Source: an uncultured Actinomycetes bacterium (GTDB lineage: Bacteria > Actinomycetota > Acidimicrobiia > Spongiisociales > DATADW01). From it: DNA of 64,000 bases. The notes beneath the pieces are model-generated. The model worked only from the letters and a program-made list of their open reading frames with translations. It did not search any database and was not told the DNA's origin. The DNA is taken from the NCBI GenBank assembly GCA_963824995.1, contig CAWGRK010000010.1, positions 270,081 to 334,080 on the forward strand, read 5' to 3'. Positions 52,675 to 64,000 of the stretch are shown here, one piece after another. A program made the position numbers and the translations under genes. Numbering within the stretch: position 1 is the first letter of the stretch; each line of letters starts with the position of its first letter.

Positions 52675-53437
52675 TCTCGGGCGTCCCGGTTTGGAGATGC
52701 CGCAGTGCTACTGCCTTGAGCACCGCAAATTGCCGAGAGAGGACCGCTTCGTATGGCCGCGGTCGGGGCAGGTCGACGTCGAGTACGACCGCCACCGAGG
52801 CGGGACGCTCGGTGAGCACGTAGACCCGATCACCCAATCGGATCGCCTCATCGACATCGTGGGTCACGAACAGGATGGCCGACTCGGTCTCTCGCCATAC
52901 ATCGAGCAGCCAAGATTGCATGCGCAACCGCGTCAGGCTGTCGAGACTGCCAAACGGCTCGTCGAGCAGGAGCAGGTCGTTCCCAGCCAGATAGGTGCGG
53001 GCCAGCGCCGCTCGCTGCCTCATTCCCCCAGACAGCATGCGCGGGTAGAGATCGGCGAAGTCGCTCAACCCGAAGCGGGATAGCACCGCAGACGCCTCAG
53101 ACCTGGCCTGATGCCTGGCCTCACCTCTAGCGACCTTGCCCACCGCCACGTTGTCCACGACCGTCTTCCATGGCATCAGCAGGTCCTTTTGCGGCATGTA
53201 CCCGCAGCGGCCGGCCCGGCGGTCAGCGTCTCCGTCGATGAGCACCTCACCCGAGGTCGGGTCCTCCAGACCGGCGACGATGTCGAAGAGGGTCGACTTG
53301 CCGCACCCGCTGGGACCGAGGAGTGTGACGAACTGTCGTCTCTCGACGGCGAGATCGATCCCGTCGAGGACCTCGATGGTTCCCTGCTTGGTCGGGAAGG
53401 TCTTACCGAGGGCCCGCACCTCGATCCGTGGTGTCAC
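52667..53437 (-). CDS. ABC transporter ATP-binding protein, NitT/TauT (SsuB) family
   Basis: GTG start (VTPRIEVRALGK) in GTGA overlap with the SBP stop. [22 protein letters not shown]. Confidence 0.8.
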   Translation of the reverse strand: MTPRIEVRALGKTFPTKQGTIEVLDGIDLAVERRQFVTLLGPSGCGKSTLFDIVAGLEDPTSGEVLIDGDADRRAGRCGYMPQKDLLMPWKTVVDNVAVGKVARGEARHQARSEASAVLSRFGLSDFADLYPRMLSGGMRQRAALARTYLAGNDLLLLDEPFGSLDSLTRLRMQSWLLDVWRETESAILFVTHDVDEAIRLGDRVYVLTERPASVAVVLDVDLPRPRPYEAVLSRQFAVLKAVALRHLQTGTPESA

Positions 53438-54402
53438 GGCAGGAACGAGGGGTCTACGAGGTCCTCTGGAACCCGGTCGAGCACACCGACCTCGGCTGCC
53501 CACTCCAGATACCGGGCGATGCCATCCTCGGTGATGACGCCGTAGTCCCCCTCCGCGCCGAGGAAGTGCGGCGCCACCTTGTCGAATTCGGCGCGGGCAA
53601 AGACAGGGTCGACACCCTCGGCAAGGCTGGTGAGGTGCCCCACTGCGGCCTCAGGGTCGTCGATGGCGAATAGATAGCCCTCCTCCATCGCCCGGGCGAA
53701 ACCCTCGAGGATTCGGCGTTCGATGGTCTCACCCTTGGCGAAGAGGACCAACTCGGGGTAGGAGGGCGCACCGTATTCGTCCGGCCGGAAGACCACCGGC
53801 CGCTCACCCTCGAGTTCGAGAGCCACCGCCTCCGAGCTCCAGAACCCGAAGGCGGCGTCCACCGAGCCAGAGACGAGGTTGGGCACGGCGTCGAACCCGA
53901 TGGTGATGAGATCGGCTCCGTCCGGGTCGATGCCGGCCCCTTCGAGGATCATCCGGGTGACCGCCTCGTCGGACGGCGCGCCGGTGACGCCGATGGTCCC
54001 GCCCTCCAATTGGCTCGGATCGGTGATCCCGATGTCCTCAGTGCTGAGAAGCGCTCCGAGCGGGACCTGTTCCAGCGCCATGAACACCACAACGTCCTCG
54101 CCGTCGGCCCGCAGTTGGGCCACGTCGGGCAACGGCGCGATCCCTATGTCGGCTCGCCCGGAGAGAATCAACCGCAACGTGTCGGCGGCCGATGCCGGCG
54201 TCTGGATCTCGACAGCGAGGCCCTCCTCTGCGAAAAGGCGCTCACCTTCGGCGGCGTAGATCCCGCTGTGTATCCCCCCTGGGAGGAAATCGAGCACCAG
54301 CACCACCGGGTCATCGGTCTGGGGGTCGGTGGTGCAGGCGAATGCGGCCATCCCGAGAAGGAAAACGGCCAGCGTCCTCGGAGCCCGCAACTTTGCATCC
54401 AT
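53434..54402 (-). CDS. ABC transporter substrate-binding lipoprotein, NMT1/THI5-SsuA-like
   Basis: Signal plus lipobox AAFACTT; SsuA/THI5-like periplasmic binding fold. Confidence 0.7.
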   Translation of the reverse strand: MDAKLRAPRTLAVFLLGMAAFACTTDPQTDDPVVLVLDFLPGGIHSGIYAAEGERLFAEEGLAVEIQTPASAADTLRLILSGRADIGIAPLPDVAQLRADGEDVVVFMALEQVPLGALLSTEDIGITDPSQLEGGTIGVTGAPSDEAVTRMILEGAGIDPDGADLITIGFDAVPNLVSGSVDAAFGFWSSEAVALELEGERPVVFRPDEYGAPSYPELVLFAKGETIERRILEGFARAMEEGYLFAIDDPEAAVGHLTSLAEGVDPVFARAEFDKVAPHFLGAEGDYGVITEDGIARYLEWAAEVGVLDRVPEDLVDPSFLP

Positions 54403-54451
54403 AGCTTCGGACCATCATCGTCACCGAGGGTCACCCTTATCATCATCGGTT

Positions 54452-55744
<1,293 letters not shown>

Positions 55745-55756
<12 letters not shown>

Positions 55757-55815
55757 TGAGTAACGAGAACCCAATACCCACTACCCATTACGCACTACCC
55801 GCTACTCACTCACCA
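55745..55815 (+). terminator. Imperfect long hairpin between convergent purB and the ROK kinase (candidate bidirectional terminator)
   Basis: GAGTAATGAGTAGTGAGTAACGAG (GAGTA-rich 7-mer repeats) followed by its C-rich complement CCCACTACCCATTACGCACTACCCGCTACTCACTCACC. This is the only AT-richer stretch in the interval. Confidence 0.4.
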
Positions 55816-56716
55816 ACATGGCGGCGCCTCTGACGCCGCTCGAGTCGCCGTGGTGGTTGGGGACGAGTCTGGTGCTGACCCGGTCCGAGAAGACGTACTG
55901 ACCCCACTCCCGGGGGACCGCCTCGTAGAGCACCGACACGTTGGACAAACCTCCCCCGAGGACGATCACCTCTGGGTCGAGGACGTTGATGATGGTCGCC
56001 AGCGATCGGGCCAGACGGTCGATGTAGCGGTCGACGGATGCCGCGGCATCGGGACTCCCTTCTCCGGCGAGGCTGAGCAACTCGGGCGGCTCGACCGAGG
56101 CACCGGTGGCGCGGAGATGATCGGCGGCCAGACCCGGTCCCGAGAGCCAGGTCTCGATGCAACCGCGCTTCCCGCAATAGCAGGGTGGTCCCGGTCGCTC
56201 CCCGTCGGCCGGCCACGGCAGCGGGTTGTGCCCCCACTCCCCGGCGATGGCGTTGGGTCCTTCGACCAGACTTCCCCGCACCACCACGCCGCCCCCGACC
56301 CCGGTGCCGATGATCACCCCGAACACCGATGAGGCACCGGCCGCGGCACCGTCGGTCGACTCGGACAGGACGAAGCAGTCGGCGTCGTTGCGGAGGACGA
56401 CCGGGCGATCGAGACGCTCGGTCAGGTCGAGGTGGAGGGGTTTCCCTATGAGCGCCGTTGAGTTGGCGTTCTTGACCAGGCCGGTCGCCGGTGACACCAC
56501 TCCGGGGTGTCCCACCCCCACGGTGTCGAGCACGGGCCCCTTGGCGGCGGCTGCGGCATCCACCTGGGCCACCAGATCGGCGACGGTCTCGACGATCGCC
56601 TCGTAGGAGCCCGATGGAGTGGCCGCCCGCAGCCGGACCACGGCGCTTCCGGCGTCGTCGAGGGCGACACCTTCGATCTTGGTGCCACCCATGTCGATCC
56701 CCAGCCGAGCCGCCAC
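55802..56716 (-). CDS. ROK-family sugar kinase (glucokinase / N-acetylglucosamine kinase-like)
   Basis: LGIDMGGTKIEGVALD ATP-binding N-terminus. Zinc motif CYCGKRGCIETWLSG. Confidence 0.8.
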   Translation of the reverse strand: MAARLGIDMGGTKIEGVALDDAGSAVVRLRAATPSGSYEAIVETVADLVAQVDAAAAAKGPVLDTVGVGHPGVVSPATGLVKNANSTALIGKPLHLDLTERLDRPVVLRNDADCFVLSESTDGAAAGASSVFGVIIGTGVGGGVVVRGSLVEGPNAIAGEWGHNPLPWPADGERPGPPCYCGKRGCIETWLSGPGLAADHLRATGASVEPPELLSLAGEGSPDAAASVDRYIDRLARSLATIINVLDPEVIVLGGGLSNVSVLYEAVPREWGQYVFSDRVSTRLVPNHHGDSSGVRGAAMLVSE

Positions 56717-56741
56717 GAGCGCTCAAGCTACCGGGAGATGT

Positions 56742-58025
56742 TCAGCGCGCCGCCGGTGGGTAAATCTCGGCGAGCGCCGAGTTGAAGGTCTCTGTCGGGA
56801 GGAGCACCGCCGCCCCGGCGGCCGTCCGGTAGTCGGCGAAGGAAAGTGCGACACGGCTGACGTCCTCTGGCTGAATATCGCGGTGCTGCCAGGCGATGCC
56901 GAGCGCCTCGGTGATGGAGAACCCTGCATCGAGCTTCACCGCCTCGGCGATCTCCTGAGTGACGCTGGTAAACGACCCGAGCGAGGAGAATGAAGCCACC
57001 CTCCCGGCAACTTTGAAGAGCAGTTCTTGCTGCTTCTGTTGGCGGGTGAAGTCATTGCCGGCGACGATTCGCCACACGCCGTCCTGCTGCTCTTCGGTGG
57101 TGCGCGAACGCGCCCAGGCGAGGGCCAGCTCACCGTTGGCCTGGTGGCAGCCTGGGGCAAGTTCGAAATGGGCCTTCTCGTCGCGTGTCGGGGCCTCGAC
57201 GCACAACTCGACACCACCCAAGGCGTCGATGATGCTGGCGAACCCGTCGAAGTCCGCCCTGACGAGGTGGTCCACCCCGATCCCGGTGTACTGCTGCACG
57301 GCCAAGGCCAGAAGCTCGCTACCGGTGGCGTAGCCGGGGCATCCCGTCAGCGTCGAATTGATCCGGTCGTTCACCCCAGTGCAGGGGTTTGTCATGTAAA
57401 GATCGCGGGGGATCGAGGCGAGGATCGGATCGGACCCGTCGCTCGGAACCAGGGCGAGGATGATGGCGTCCGCCCGCTCTCCGCTCAGATCGCTCCCCAC
57501 CAGCAGGTAGGCATCGAACATGGCGTCGGGTATTGGGGGGCTCTCGGCGTGCTCGATCTGCTGGGGCACGAGTTCGAAGGGACGCTGCACTCCGGAGAGG
57601 ACATCGACCAGGTAGATCGCCTCGGCGGCTCGGGTGAGTTGGCGCTCGTAGGCGCCGCTCACCGTCGGCACCGGCCCCGATGTCGTCGCCACGCTGTCGG
57701 CGGCGGGTGGGCGGAGAGGGGCCACGTCCGCCCCCTCGGTGCGGGTGGCGATTGCCTCGCCTGCAGCAGCGGGGTCGAACTGCTCGGTCTCGATCGTCTG
57801 ATAGGTCCGCCACACCTGAATCCCCACCACCGCGGCAACCACCACGATCGCGATGCCCGCGCCAAGCAGGATCCTCTTGAGCAGACGACGTCGAGTGGGA
57901 ACCGGGGCGGCGTGCAAGGGGTCTCCAGAGCGGACCCGGAATGCTAGAGGGATGCCGGGTGACCGATGATCAGCCGGTGCGGAACACGGTCCCGGTGAAC
58001 GCCCCGCAGACCCGCCCATCGCCAC
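56742..58025 (-). CDS. LytR-CpsA-Psr (LCP) family cell-envelope phosphotransferase; the true start is probably internal, since the listed N-terminus overlaps the next gene by 56 nt
   Basis: N-terminal TM (RILLGAGIAIVVVAAVVGI). LCP core motifs in ASIPRDLYMTNPCTGVNDRINS. Confidence 0.7.
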   Translation of the reverse strand: MAMGGSAGRSPGPCSAPADHRSPGIPLAFRVRSGDPLHAAPVPTRRRLLKRILLGAGIAIVVVAAVVGIQVWRTYQTIETEQFDPAAAGEAIATRTEGADVAPLRPPAADSVATTSGPVPTVSGAYERQLTRAAEAIYLVDVLSGVQRPFELVPQQIEHAESPPIPDAMFDAYLLVGSDLSGERADAIILALVPSDGSDPILASIPRDLYMTNPCTGVNDRINSTLTGCPGYATGSELLALAVQQYTGIGVDHLVRADFDGFASIIDALGGVELCVEAPTRDEKAHFELAPGCHQANGELALAWARSRTTEEQQDGVWRIVAGNDFTRQQKQQELLFKVAGRVASFSSLGSFTSVTQEIAEAVKLDAGFSITEALGIAWQHRDIQPEDVSRVALSFADYRTAAGAAVLLPTETFNSALAEIYPPAAR

Positions 58026-58380
58026 GGCGAACCGTGACCCGGTAGGTGGCCAGCCGTTTCCCCACCGCTTCCTCCACCACAGTCGCCTCGAGGGTCTCGC
58101 CCGGCGACGAGGACGCGGTCACCGCCAGATGGGTGTCAACCGCCACCGCCGGCCCGGCGACATTCGAAGCAAGGCTTAGGGCACAGTCGGCCAGCGAGAA
58201 CACCGCCCCGCCATGTGTCGAACCGGTGAAGTTGGCGAGATCGGACCGGACGTCCATCCGGAGCACGATCGAGGAGTCGTCCACCGACACCAACTCGATG
58301 CCGAGCAGGGCGGCATAGGGATCGTCCGACAGCAGGCTCTCCACCCGTCGACTCCTGTCAGTGGCGCCTGTCTCGGACAT
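57970..58380 (-). CDS. PaaI-family hotdog thioesterase
   Basis: 136 aa; GSTHGGAVFSLADCALSLASN hotdog active-site region. Confidence 0.7.
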   Translation of the reverse strand: MSETGATDRSRRVESLLSDDPYAALLGIELVSVDDSSIVLRMDVRSDLANFTGSTHGGAVFSLADCALSLASNVAGPAVAVDTHLAVTASSSPGETLEATVVEEAVGKRLATYRVTVRRGDGRVCGAFTGTVFRTG

Positions 58381-58450
58381 TCATCGAGGCTATCGCCGCC
58401 CGCACCTGGTGTGGAGGCGGTGCGACACTCCCTCGCTACCATCGCAAGGC

Positions 58451-59332
58451 GTGGTGTCACTGCCTCATGTGGCGTCGGGGAAGGTCCGGGAGATCTACGA
58501 GATCGACCGGGATCGCCTGCTGTTCGTGGCGACCGACCGGGTATCGGCGTACGACGTGGTGCTGCCCGACCTGATCCCCTCAAAGGGGGCGGTGCTCACC
58601 CACCTCTCCGTCTTCTGGTTCGACCTGCTCGATACGCCCCACCACATGCTTACGACCGAGCTCGACGGTCTCGAACTCAGCGAGGAGGAACGGTCTGACC
58701 TCGCCGGCCGAGCCATGGTCGTGCGACGGGCCGATGTGGTGCCGCTGGAGTGCGTGGTGCGCGGCTACCTCTACGGATCCTCGTGGCGGGAGTACCGCGA
58801 TGGCGGCGGTCCAACGACCGAGCATCTTCCGGACGGGCTGCGGTTGGCGGACCGTCTCGACGAGCCGATCTTCACACCGGCGACCAAGGCGGCAACCGGA
58901 CACGACGAGAACCTCACCGAGGAGGGGGCACGAAACCTCGTCGGAAACGACCTCTACGAGGAACTGCGCAAGCTCTCCGTGGACATCTACCTGGCCGGCG
59001 CCGCCTATGCCGCCGACCGTGGTGTGATCCTCGCCGACACCAAGTTCGAGTTCGGCTTCGCCCGCGACGGCTCCGGTGAGTTGATGCTGGTAGACGAGGT
59101 GCTCACCCCGGATTCGTCGAGGTATTGGCCGATGGACGCCTGGTCGCCGGGGAACGACGTGCCCTCCTTCGACAAACAACCGCTGCGGGATTGGCTCGAT
59201 GCCTCCGGATGGGACCACACCCCCCCGGCGCCCTCCCTGCCGCCCGAGGTGGTCTCCGAGACCTCGGAGCGCTACCTCGAGGCGTATCGGCGAATCACCG
59301 GCCGATCCCTCCACAGCCCGGATCCGTCTTGA
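58451..59332 (+). CDS. purC: Phosphoribosylaminoimidazole-succinocarboxamide synthase
   Basis: GTG start; HVASGKVREIYEIDRDRLLFVATDRVSAYDVVL SAICAR synthase N-terminus; about 294 aa long form. Confidence 0.85.
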   Translation: MVSLPHVASGKVREIYEIDRDRLLFVATDRVSAYDVVLPDLIPSKGAVLTHLSVFWFDLLDTPHHMLTTELDGLELSEEERSDLAGRAMVVRRADVVPLECVVRGYLYGSSWREYRDGGGPTTEHLPDGLRLADRLDEPIFTPATKAATGHDENLTEEGARNLVGNDLYEELRKLSVDIYLAGAAYAADRGVILADTKFEFGFARDGSGELMLVDEVLTPDSSRYWPMDAWSPGNDVPSFDKQPLRDWLDASGWDHTPPAPSLPPEVVSETSERYLEAYRRITGRSLHSPDPS

Positions 59333-59571
59333 GGGTCGAGGTGACGGTCACGCGCCGGGCGGACATCGCCGACCCCCAGGGCACCACGATCGCCCGCGCT
59401 CTCCATCAACTCGGATTTGACGAGGTTTCGGCGGTGCGGGTGGACAAGCTGATCACCCTCGACGTACAGGATCAAGATCGGGAGGCACTGTCGGCTCGGG
59501 TCGATGAAATGTGCCGGCGCCTGCTGGCCAATCCCGTGCTCGAGGACTTCACAGTCGAGGTTGTGGAGTGA
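59329..59571 (+). CDS. purS: Phosphoribosylformylglycinamidine synthase subunit PurS
   Basis: TTG start in TTGA overlap; LRVEVTVTRRADIADPQGTTIARALHQLGF; 80 aa. Confidence 0.8.
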   Translation: MRVEVTVTRRADIADPQGTTIARALHQLGFDEVSAVRVDKLITLDVQDQDREALSARVDEMCRRLLANPVLEDFTVEVVE

Positions 59572-60233
59572 CCGCCCGGACAGCCGTCATCCTCTTCCCG
59601 GGGACCAACTGCGAGCGGGATGTGGTCCGCGCCCTTCGGGCTCTGGGAGGAGATGCTGAGCTCGTGTGGCACGGTGACCAGGACCTGGGAGGTGCCGATG
59701 GGGTGATACTGCCCGGAGGCTTCGCCCATGGCGACTACCTCCGCACCGGGGCAATAGCCCGCATCTCACCCGTCATGGCCGAGGTGGAGAGGGGTGCCGC
59801 CAGGGGCTCGCCGGTGCTCGGCATCTGCAACGGGTTCCAGGTTCTGTGCGAGGCGGGGCTCCTCCCCGGGGCACTGATCGCCAATCGCGACCTGCGCTTC
59901 ATTTGCCGCTTCGTCGAGGTGGAGATCGCCGACAACACAACCATCCTCACCTCGGATTGCGAGGTGGGAGATCGGGTCCGCATCCCGCTCAATTCATACG
60001 AGGGAGCCTGGGTTGACCCCGAGGGGCCGGGGCGCGTGGTCATGCGCTACACCGACGATCCCAACGGGTCGCAACTTGCCGCGGCCGCTGTTGCCAACGA
60101 GGCGGGCAACGTCGTAGGGGTGATGCCCCACCCGGAGCGGGCAGTGCTCGACCGGTCGGAGACCGGCGGTGTCAGGCTCCTCGAGAGCTTCCTCGGCGCC
60201 TGCGAGTCAGGCGCAATGCAGCGAGCTTCGTGA
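59568..60233 (+). CDS. purQ: Phosphoribosylformylglycinamidine synthase glutaminase subunit PurQ
   Basis: GTG start (GTGA overlap). [12 protein letters not shown], catalytic [13 protein letters not shown] near the C-terminus. Confidence 0.9.
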   Translation: MTARTAVILFPGTNCERDVVRALRALGGDAELVWHGDQDLGGADGVILPGGFAHGDYLRTGAIARISPVMAEVERGAARGSPVLGICNGFQVLCEAGLLPGALIANRDLRFICRFVEVEIADNTTILTSDCEVGDRVRIPLNSYEGAWVDPEGPGRVVMRYTDDPNGSQLAAAAVANEAGNVVGVMPHPERAVLDRSETGGVRLLESFLGACESGAMQRAS

Positions 60234-62499
60234 ACACCGGCCCAAACACAGCCGGCCAGATACAGCCGGCCCAGATACAGCCGGCCCAGACAGCGCCGAC
60301 TCGGACCTCGATCCTTCCCCAGCTCACCGCGTTCTCGGGTTGAGCGACGAGGAGTTGGGCGACATCTTCAACCGGCTGGGGCGCGAACCCTCGGTGGCCG
60401 AGCTTGCCATGTTCTCGGTCATGTGGTCGGAGCACTGCTCTTACAAGTCATCGCGTGCGCACCTGGGGCGCTTGCCATCGACCGCCCCCTGGGTCGTGGT
60501 GGGGCCTGGCGAGAACGCCGGCGTCGTAGACCTCGGTGACGGGTGGCTGGCTGCGATTCGGATCGAGAGCCACAACCATCCGTCCTTCGTCGAGCCACAC
60601 CAGGGCGCCGCCACCGGCGTGGGTGGCATCCTGCGCGATGTGTTCACCATGGGTGCCCGTCCGGTGGCCCTCTGGGACTCGATCCGCTTCGGCCCGCTCG
60701 ACGACCCGCTCAACCGCTACCTGTTCACCGGAGTCGTAGGCGGGATCGCCGCCTATGGAAACGCGGTGGGGGTTCCGACCGTCGGCGGCGAGGTGGCATT
60801 CGAGGATTGTTACTCGGGCAACCCACTGGTGAACGTGATGTGCCTCGGCGTCATGAGACGCGACCAATTGGTTCTGGGGACCGCCGGGTCCCCCGGGTCG
60901 GTGGCTGTCCTGCTCGGAGCGTCCACCGGGCGCGACGGCATCGGTGGGGCATCGGTGCTGGCATCGACCGGGTTCGACGAGGACAGCGGGTCGAAGCGCC
61001 CTTCGGTCCAGGTGGGCGATCCCTTCGAGGAGAAGAAGCTGATCGAGGCCTGCCTCGAGCTGTATCGCCGGCGGCTCGTGGTGGGGGTGCAGGACCTGGG
61101 TGCAGCCGGGCTGTCGTGTGCCGCCGCGGAGCCGGCGGCTCGGGCCGGGGTGGGGCTCGACCTCGACCTCGACCGGGTGCATGTGCGCGAACGCGGGATG
61201 ACCGCCGCCGAACTCCTCATGTCGGAGTCGCAGGAGAGGATGATGGCCTTCGTGCTCCCCGAGCGGGTCCCCGAGGTCCTCGAGGTTGCCGCCCGCTGGG
61301 AGATCGATGCCTCGGTCGTGGGCACCGTCCGGGCGGGCGGCATGGTCCGGGTCAGCCATGGTGGGGAGGTCGTCGCCGAGGTACCGGCCGAGTCTCTGGC
61401 CACCGGACCCCGATACGTCCGGCCCGCCGGTGAGCCATGGTGGCTCGAGGACAGGTGGGGCAGCAACTACCGGTACCTCCGCCCACCCGACCCTGCGAGG
61501 GCCTTGCTCGCTCTGCTCGACGACCCGGCTATTGCCGACCGCAGTTGGGTCTACGAGCAGTACGACCACATGCTCTTCCTCGACACCGCGGTCGGCCCGG
61601 GTCACGGCGCCACGCTGCTCGCGCTCGGCGAGACCGGCAAGGGTGTTGCGGTCTCGGTGGATGGCAACGGCAGGCTGTGCGCCCTCGACCCGCGCCGCGG
61701 CGCCGCCCGGCTTGTCTACGAGGCTGCGCTCAACGTCGCCATGGTCGGGGCGCGACCACTGGCCGTGGTCGACAACCTCAATTTCGGCAACCCGGAGCGC
61801 TCCGAGGTGATGTGGCAGTTCATCGAGACCATCGAAGGCATCGCCACGGCGTGCGAGGCGTTGGCTGTCCCGGTTGTGGGAGGCAACGTCTCTTTCTACA
61901 ACGAGACCGACGGGCAGGACATCGATCCGACGCCGGTGGTCGGGCTGCTCGGGATTGTCGAACCTTTTCCTTCGAGCCCGCCCCGCCTCGACAAGGCCAG
62001 TGAGGGCATGGAACTGTGGCTGCTGGGTCCGCCCGCCGGGCGGGGACTCGCCGGCAGCAGCCTGGAGAAGGTGCTGTTCGGCCATGTCGGGGGAAGGCCC
62101 ACCGCGCCGGACCCGACCGCCGCCCGTGCCGTGGTTGCACTGGCGAGGCGGCTTGCAGATGCCGGGTTCGCCTCTGTCCTCCAGGATGTCTCCGACGGCG
62201 GGCTGGGGATGGCTGTGGCGGAGGTTTGCATCAGATCCTCGATCGGGACCACGGTGGAATGCCCGGATTTCGAGTCGCTCTTCAGCGAGGATCCTCACCG
62301 GTTTGTCGCCGCCATCACGCCTGGATACGGAGATGCCCTGGCGGCGGCGGCCGGCGAGATGGGCGTGGCCGCCTCGCGCATCGGCCGGTTCGGGGGCGAT
62401 GCGATCGCCCTCCAGGTCGGTTCGTCGGTGTCCGCCATTCCGCTGGAAACCGCCATCCGGACCTGGCGGGATGCCATCCCCCGCCGACTCGCCGGCTGA
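60169..62499 (+). CDS. purL: Phosphoribosylformylglycinamidine synthase large subunit PurL (start uncertain: the listed ATG overlaps purQ by 65 nt; alternative GTG at 60231 in another frame)
   Basis: [40 protein letters not shown] and the rest of a typical small-type PurL, 776 aa. Confidence 0.9.
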   Translation: MSGSSRASSAPASQAQCSELREHRPKHSRPDTAGPDTAGPDSADSDLDPSPAHRVLGLSDEELGDIFNRLGREPSVAELAMFSVMWSEHCSYKSSRAHLGRLPSTAPWVVVGPGENAGVVDLGDGWLAAIRIESHNHPSFVEPHQGAATGVGGILRDVFTMGARPVALWDSIRFGPLDDPLNRYLFTGVVGGIAAYGNAVGVPTVGGEVAFEDCYSGNPLVNVMCLGVMRRDQLVLGTAGSPGSVAVLLGASTGRDGIGGASVLASTGFDEDSGSKRPSVQVGDPFEEKKLIEACLELYRRRLVVGVQDLGAAGLSCAAAEPAARAGVGLDLDLDRVHVRERGMTAAELLMSESQERMMAFVLPERVPEVLEVAARWEIDASVVGTVRAGGMVRVSHGGEVVAEVPAESLATGPRYVRPAGEPWWLEDRWGSNYRYLRPPDPARALLALLDDPAIADRSWVYEQYDHMLFLDTAVGPGHGATLLALGETGKGVAVSVDGNGRLCALDPRRGAARLVYEAALNVAMVGARPLAVVDNLNFGNPERSEVMWQFIETIEGIATACEALAVPVVGGNVSFYNETDGQDIDPTPVVGLLGIVEPFPSSPPRLDKASEGMELWLLGPPAGRGLAGSSLEKVLFGHVGGRPTAPDPTAARAVVALARRLADAGFASVLQDVSDGGLGMAVAEVCIRSSIGTTVECPDFESLFSEDPHRFVAAITPGYGDALAAAAGEMGVAASRIGRFGGDAIALQVGSSVSAIPLETAIRTWRDAIPRRLAG
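60247..60290 (+). repeat. 15-bp tandem repeat x3 (ACAGCCGGCCCAGAT) at the purQ/purL junction, encoding (PDTAG)n in the purL frame
   Basis: ACAGCCGGCCAGAT / ACAGCCGGCCCAGAT / ACAGCCGGCCCAGAC. The first unit lacks one C. Confidence 0.8.
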
Positions 62500-62559
62500 C
62501 ACGAGGAGCCCCGATCGCATGGCGGGTTGCCCGTACGGCTCCCTCCTACACTGGCCGCA

Positions 62560-63990
62560 ATGGTGCAAGCGATCCCGACCGACGACCGACCCGGTGAGGC
62601 TTGTGGGGTATTCGCCATATATGCCCCCAACCAGCGAGCTGCCCACCTCATCTACTTCGGGTTGTTCGCCCTCCAGCACCGCGGTCAGGAGTCGGCGGGC
62701 ATGTCGGTTTCCGATGGAGAGACCGTCACCGTCCTCAAGGACCTCGGACTGGTGGCCCAGGTCTTCGACGAGCGATCGCTGTCGGCGCTCGTTGGTCACC
62801 TCGGCATCGGGCACACTCGCTACTCGACGACGGGGTCAAACCTCTGGGAGAACTCGCAGCCTGCGTACCGGCAGGTCGGCAGTGTCGGCGTTGCGTTGGG
62901 TCACAACGGGAACCTGACCAACACCGCCCGATTGGCATCGATGAACCCCGATTGCCCCGGGACCACCGACTCGGAGTTGATGCTCGATGCCATCGCCGCC
63001 GCCGTAGAGGACGACCGCTCCGACGGCAGGGGCCTGGAGAGCGCCTTGTTCGCCACCCTCCCGATGTTCGAGGGTGCCTTCTCGCTCGTCGTGATGGACC
63101 AGGGTCGGATCATCGGAGTGCGGGACCCTCACGGGTTCCGGCCACTTTGCCTGGGACGGCTCGCCGAGGACGGTTGGGTCCTCGCCTCGGAGACCGCCGC
63201 CCTCGACCTGGTCGGAGCCAGCTTCGTGCGCGAGGTCGCGCCGGGCGAGATGGTGGTGATCGACGCCACCGGCATCAGGAGCCTGCGACCGTTCGAGACT
63301 TGCGAGCCACGGTTGTGCCTCTTCGAGTTCGTCTATTTCGCCCGGCCGGATTCGCTGCTCTACGGCCAATCGGTCCAGGCGAGCCGGCAGCGGATGGGGC
63401 GGCGACTCGCCGAGGAGGCACCGGCCGAAGCCGACGCGGTGGTGCCGGTTCCCGAATCGGGCATCCCAGCTGCACAGGGCTTCGCCGCCCACAGCGGGAT
63501 CCCGTATACCGACGGGTTGGTCAAGAACCGGTACATAGGAAGGACCTTCATCGAGCCCTCCCAGTTGCAGCGGGACCGGGGGATAAAGCTCAAGTTGAAT
63601 CCCATACCGGCCACGCTGGCGGGAAAGCGTGTGGTCCTGGTGGACGACTCGATCGTGAGGGGAAGCACCACCCGCCAACTCGTCGCCATGACCCGGGAAG
63701 CCGGCGCTGCGGAAGTCCATCTCAGGATCTCCTCGCCTCCTTACCGCTGGCCCTGTTTCTACGGGATGGACACTTCCGACCGGTCGCAACTGCTCGCAGC
63801 GCGCATGTCGGTCGACGAGATCGCCGACTACCTCGGGTGCGACAGCCTCGCCTACCTCTCGCTCGAGGGCCTGCTGGCAGCCACCGAGGTGTCCGAGGCC
63901 GGGTTCTGCACCGCCTGCCTCAGCGGTGAATACCCCATCCCTGTGGACCTCGAAGCGGGCAAATTCGTCCTGGAGCAAGCTCCCGCCTGA
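62560..63990 (+). CDS. purF: Amidophosphoribosyltransferase
   Basis: Short propeptide then CGVFAIYAP (N-terminal nucleophile Cys); PRTase motif VVLVDDSIVRGSTT; C-terminal Fe-S Cys cluster (CTACLSGEYP). Confidence 0.9.
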   Translation: MVQAIPTDDRPGEACGVFAIYAPNQRAAHLIYFGLFALQHRGQESAGMSVSDGETVTVLKDLGLVAQVFDERSLSALVGHLGIGHTRYSTTGSNLWENSQPAYRQVGSVGVALGHNGNLTNTARLASMNPDCPGTTDSELMLDAIAAAVEDDRSDGRGLESALFATLPMFEGAFSLVVMDQGRIIGVRDPHGFRPLCLGRLAEDGWVLASETAALDLVGASFVREVAPGEMVVIDATGIRSLRPFETCEPRLCLFEFVYFARPDSLLYGQSVQASRQRMGRRLAEEAPAEADAVVPVPESGIPAAQGFAAHSGIPYTDGLVKNRYIGRTFIEPSQLQRDRGIKLKLNPIPATLAGKRVVLVDDSIVRGSTTRQLVAMTREAGAAEVHLRISSPPYRWPCFYGMDTSDRSQLLAARMSVDEIADYLGCDSLAYLSLEGLLAATEVSEAGFCTACLSGEYPIPVDLEAGKFVLEQAPA

Positions 63991-64000
63991 TGGCCTCCTA
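63990..64000 (+). CDS. Start of the next gene (probably purM), 3-prime truncated by the window end
   Basis: ATG in ATGA overlap with the purF stop (MAS...). Only 11 nt are visible; assignment is by synteny only. Confidence 0.2.

Overview
High-GC (about 68-70 %) actinobacterial chromosomal window. Genes are tightly packed, ATGA/GTGA stop-start overlaps are frequent, and no tRNA, rRNA, CRISPR array, transposase or integrase is visible.

Gene content, left to right:
- a SigJ-like extended ECF sigma factor (5-prime partial), a minimal class III adenylate cyclase, mscL, a hotdog thioesterase;
- clpB preceded by an HspR-type HAIR operator;
- DUF3151, a CPBP protease and an M20 peptidase;
- an Aap-type general amino-acid ABC transporter (aapJQMP);
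- dxs directly downstream of a second polar amino-acid ABC operon;
- a complete phosphate module: PhoR/SenX3-like kinase, OmpR-type regulator, phoU, pstBACS with PHO-box direct repeats upstream of pstS, followed by a CYTH/CHAD protein and ppk1;
- a minus-strand run of AlkZ/YcaQ-like DUF1006 protein, amidohydrolase, TetR, FabH-like KAS III, an odd peptidase-S51-like/CysRS-C-terminal fusion protein and an alpha/beta hydrolase;
- a sortase with a DUF4397 putative substrate, next to an ECF sigma factor, PlsC, DUF1295, a MerR-B12 regulator, WhiB and CorA;
- an esterase / ATP-grasp / esterase / peptidase S51 cluster; a truncated Rrf2 regulator; a Ddn-like nitroreductase;
- a split purine cluster purA-purD-purE ... 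purB ... purC-S-Q-L-F-(M).

About a dozen conserved genes carry single or compensating +1/-1 frame disruptions. At least one sits in a G5 homopolymer, so I read these as probable indel sequencing errors rather than true decay.

The main structure not explained by genes is a family of tandem heptamer repeats (GACGGCR)n placed immediately 3-prime of stop codons. Two copies form inverted pairs in intergenic regions. There is also a 60-bp x3.3 intergenic tandem repeat after clpB.
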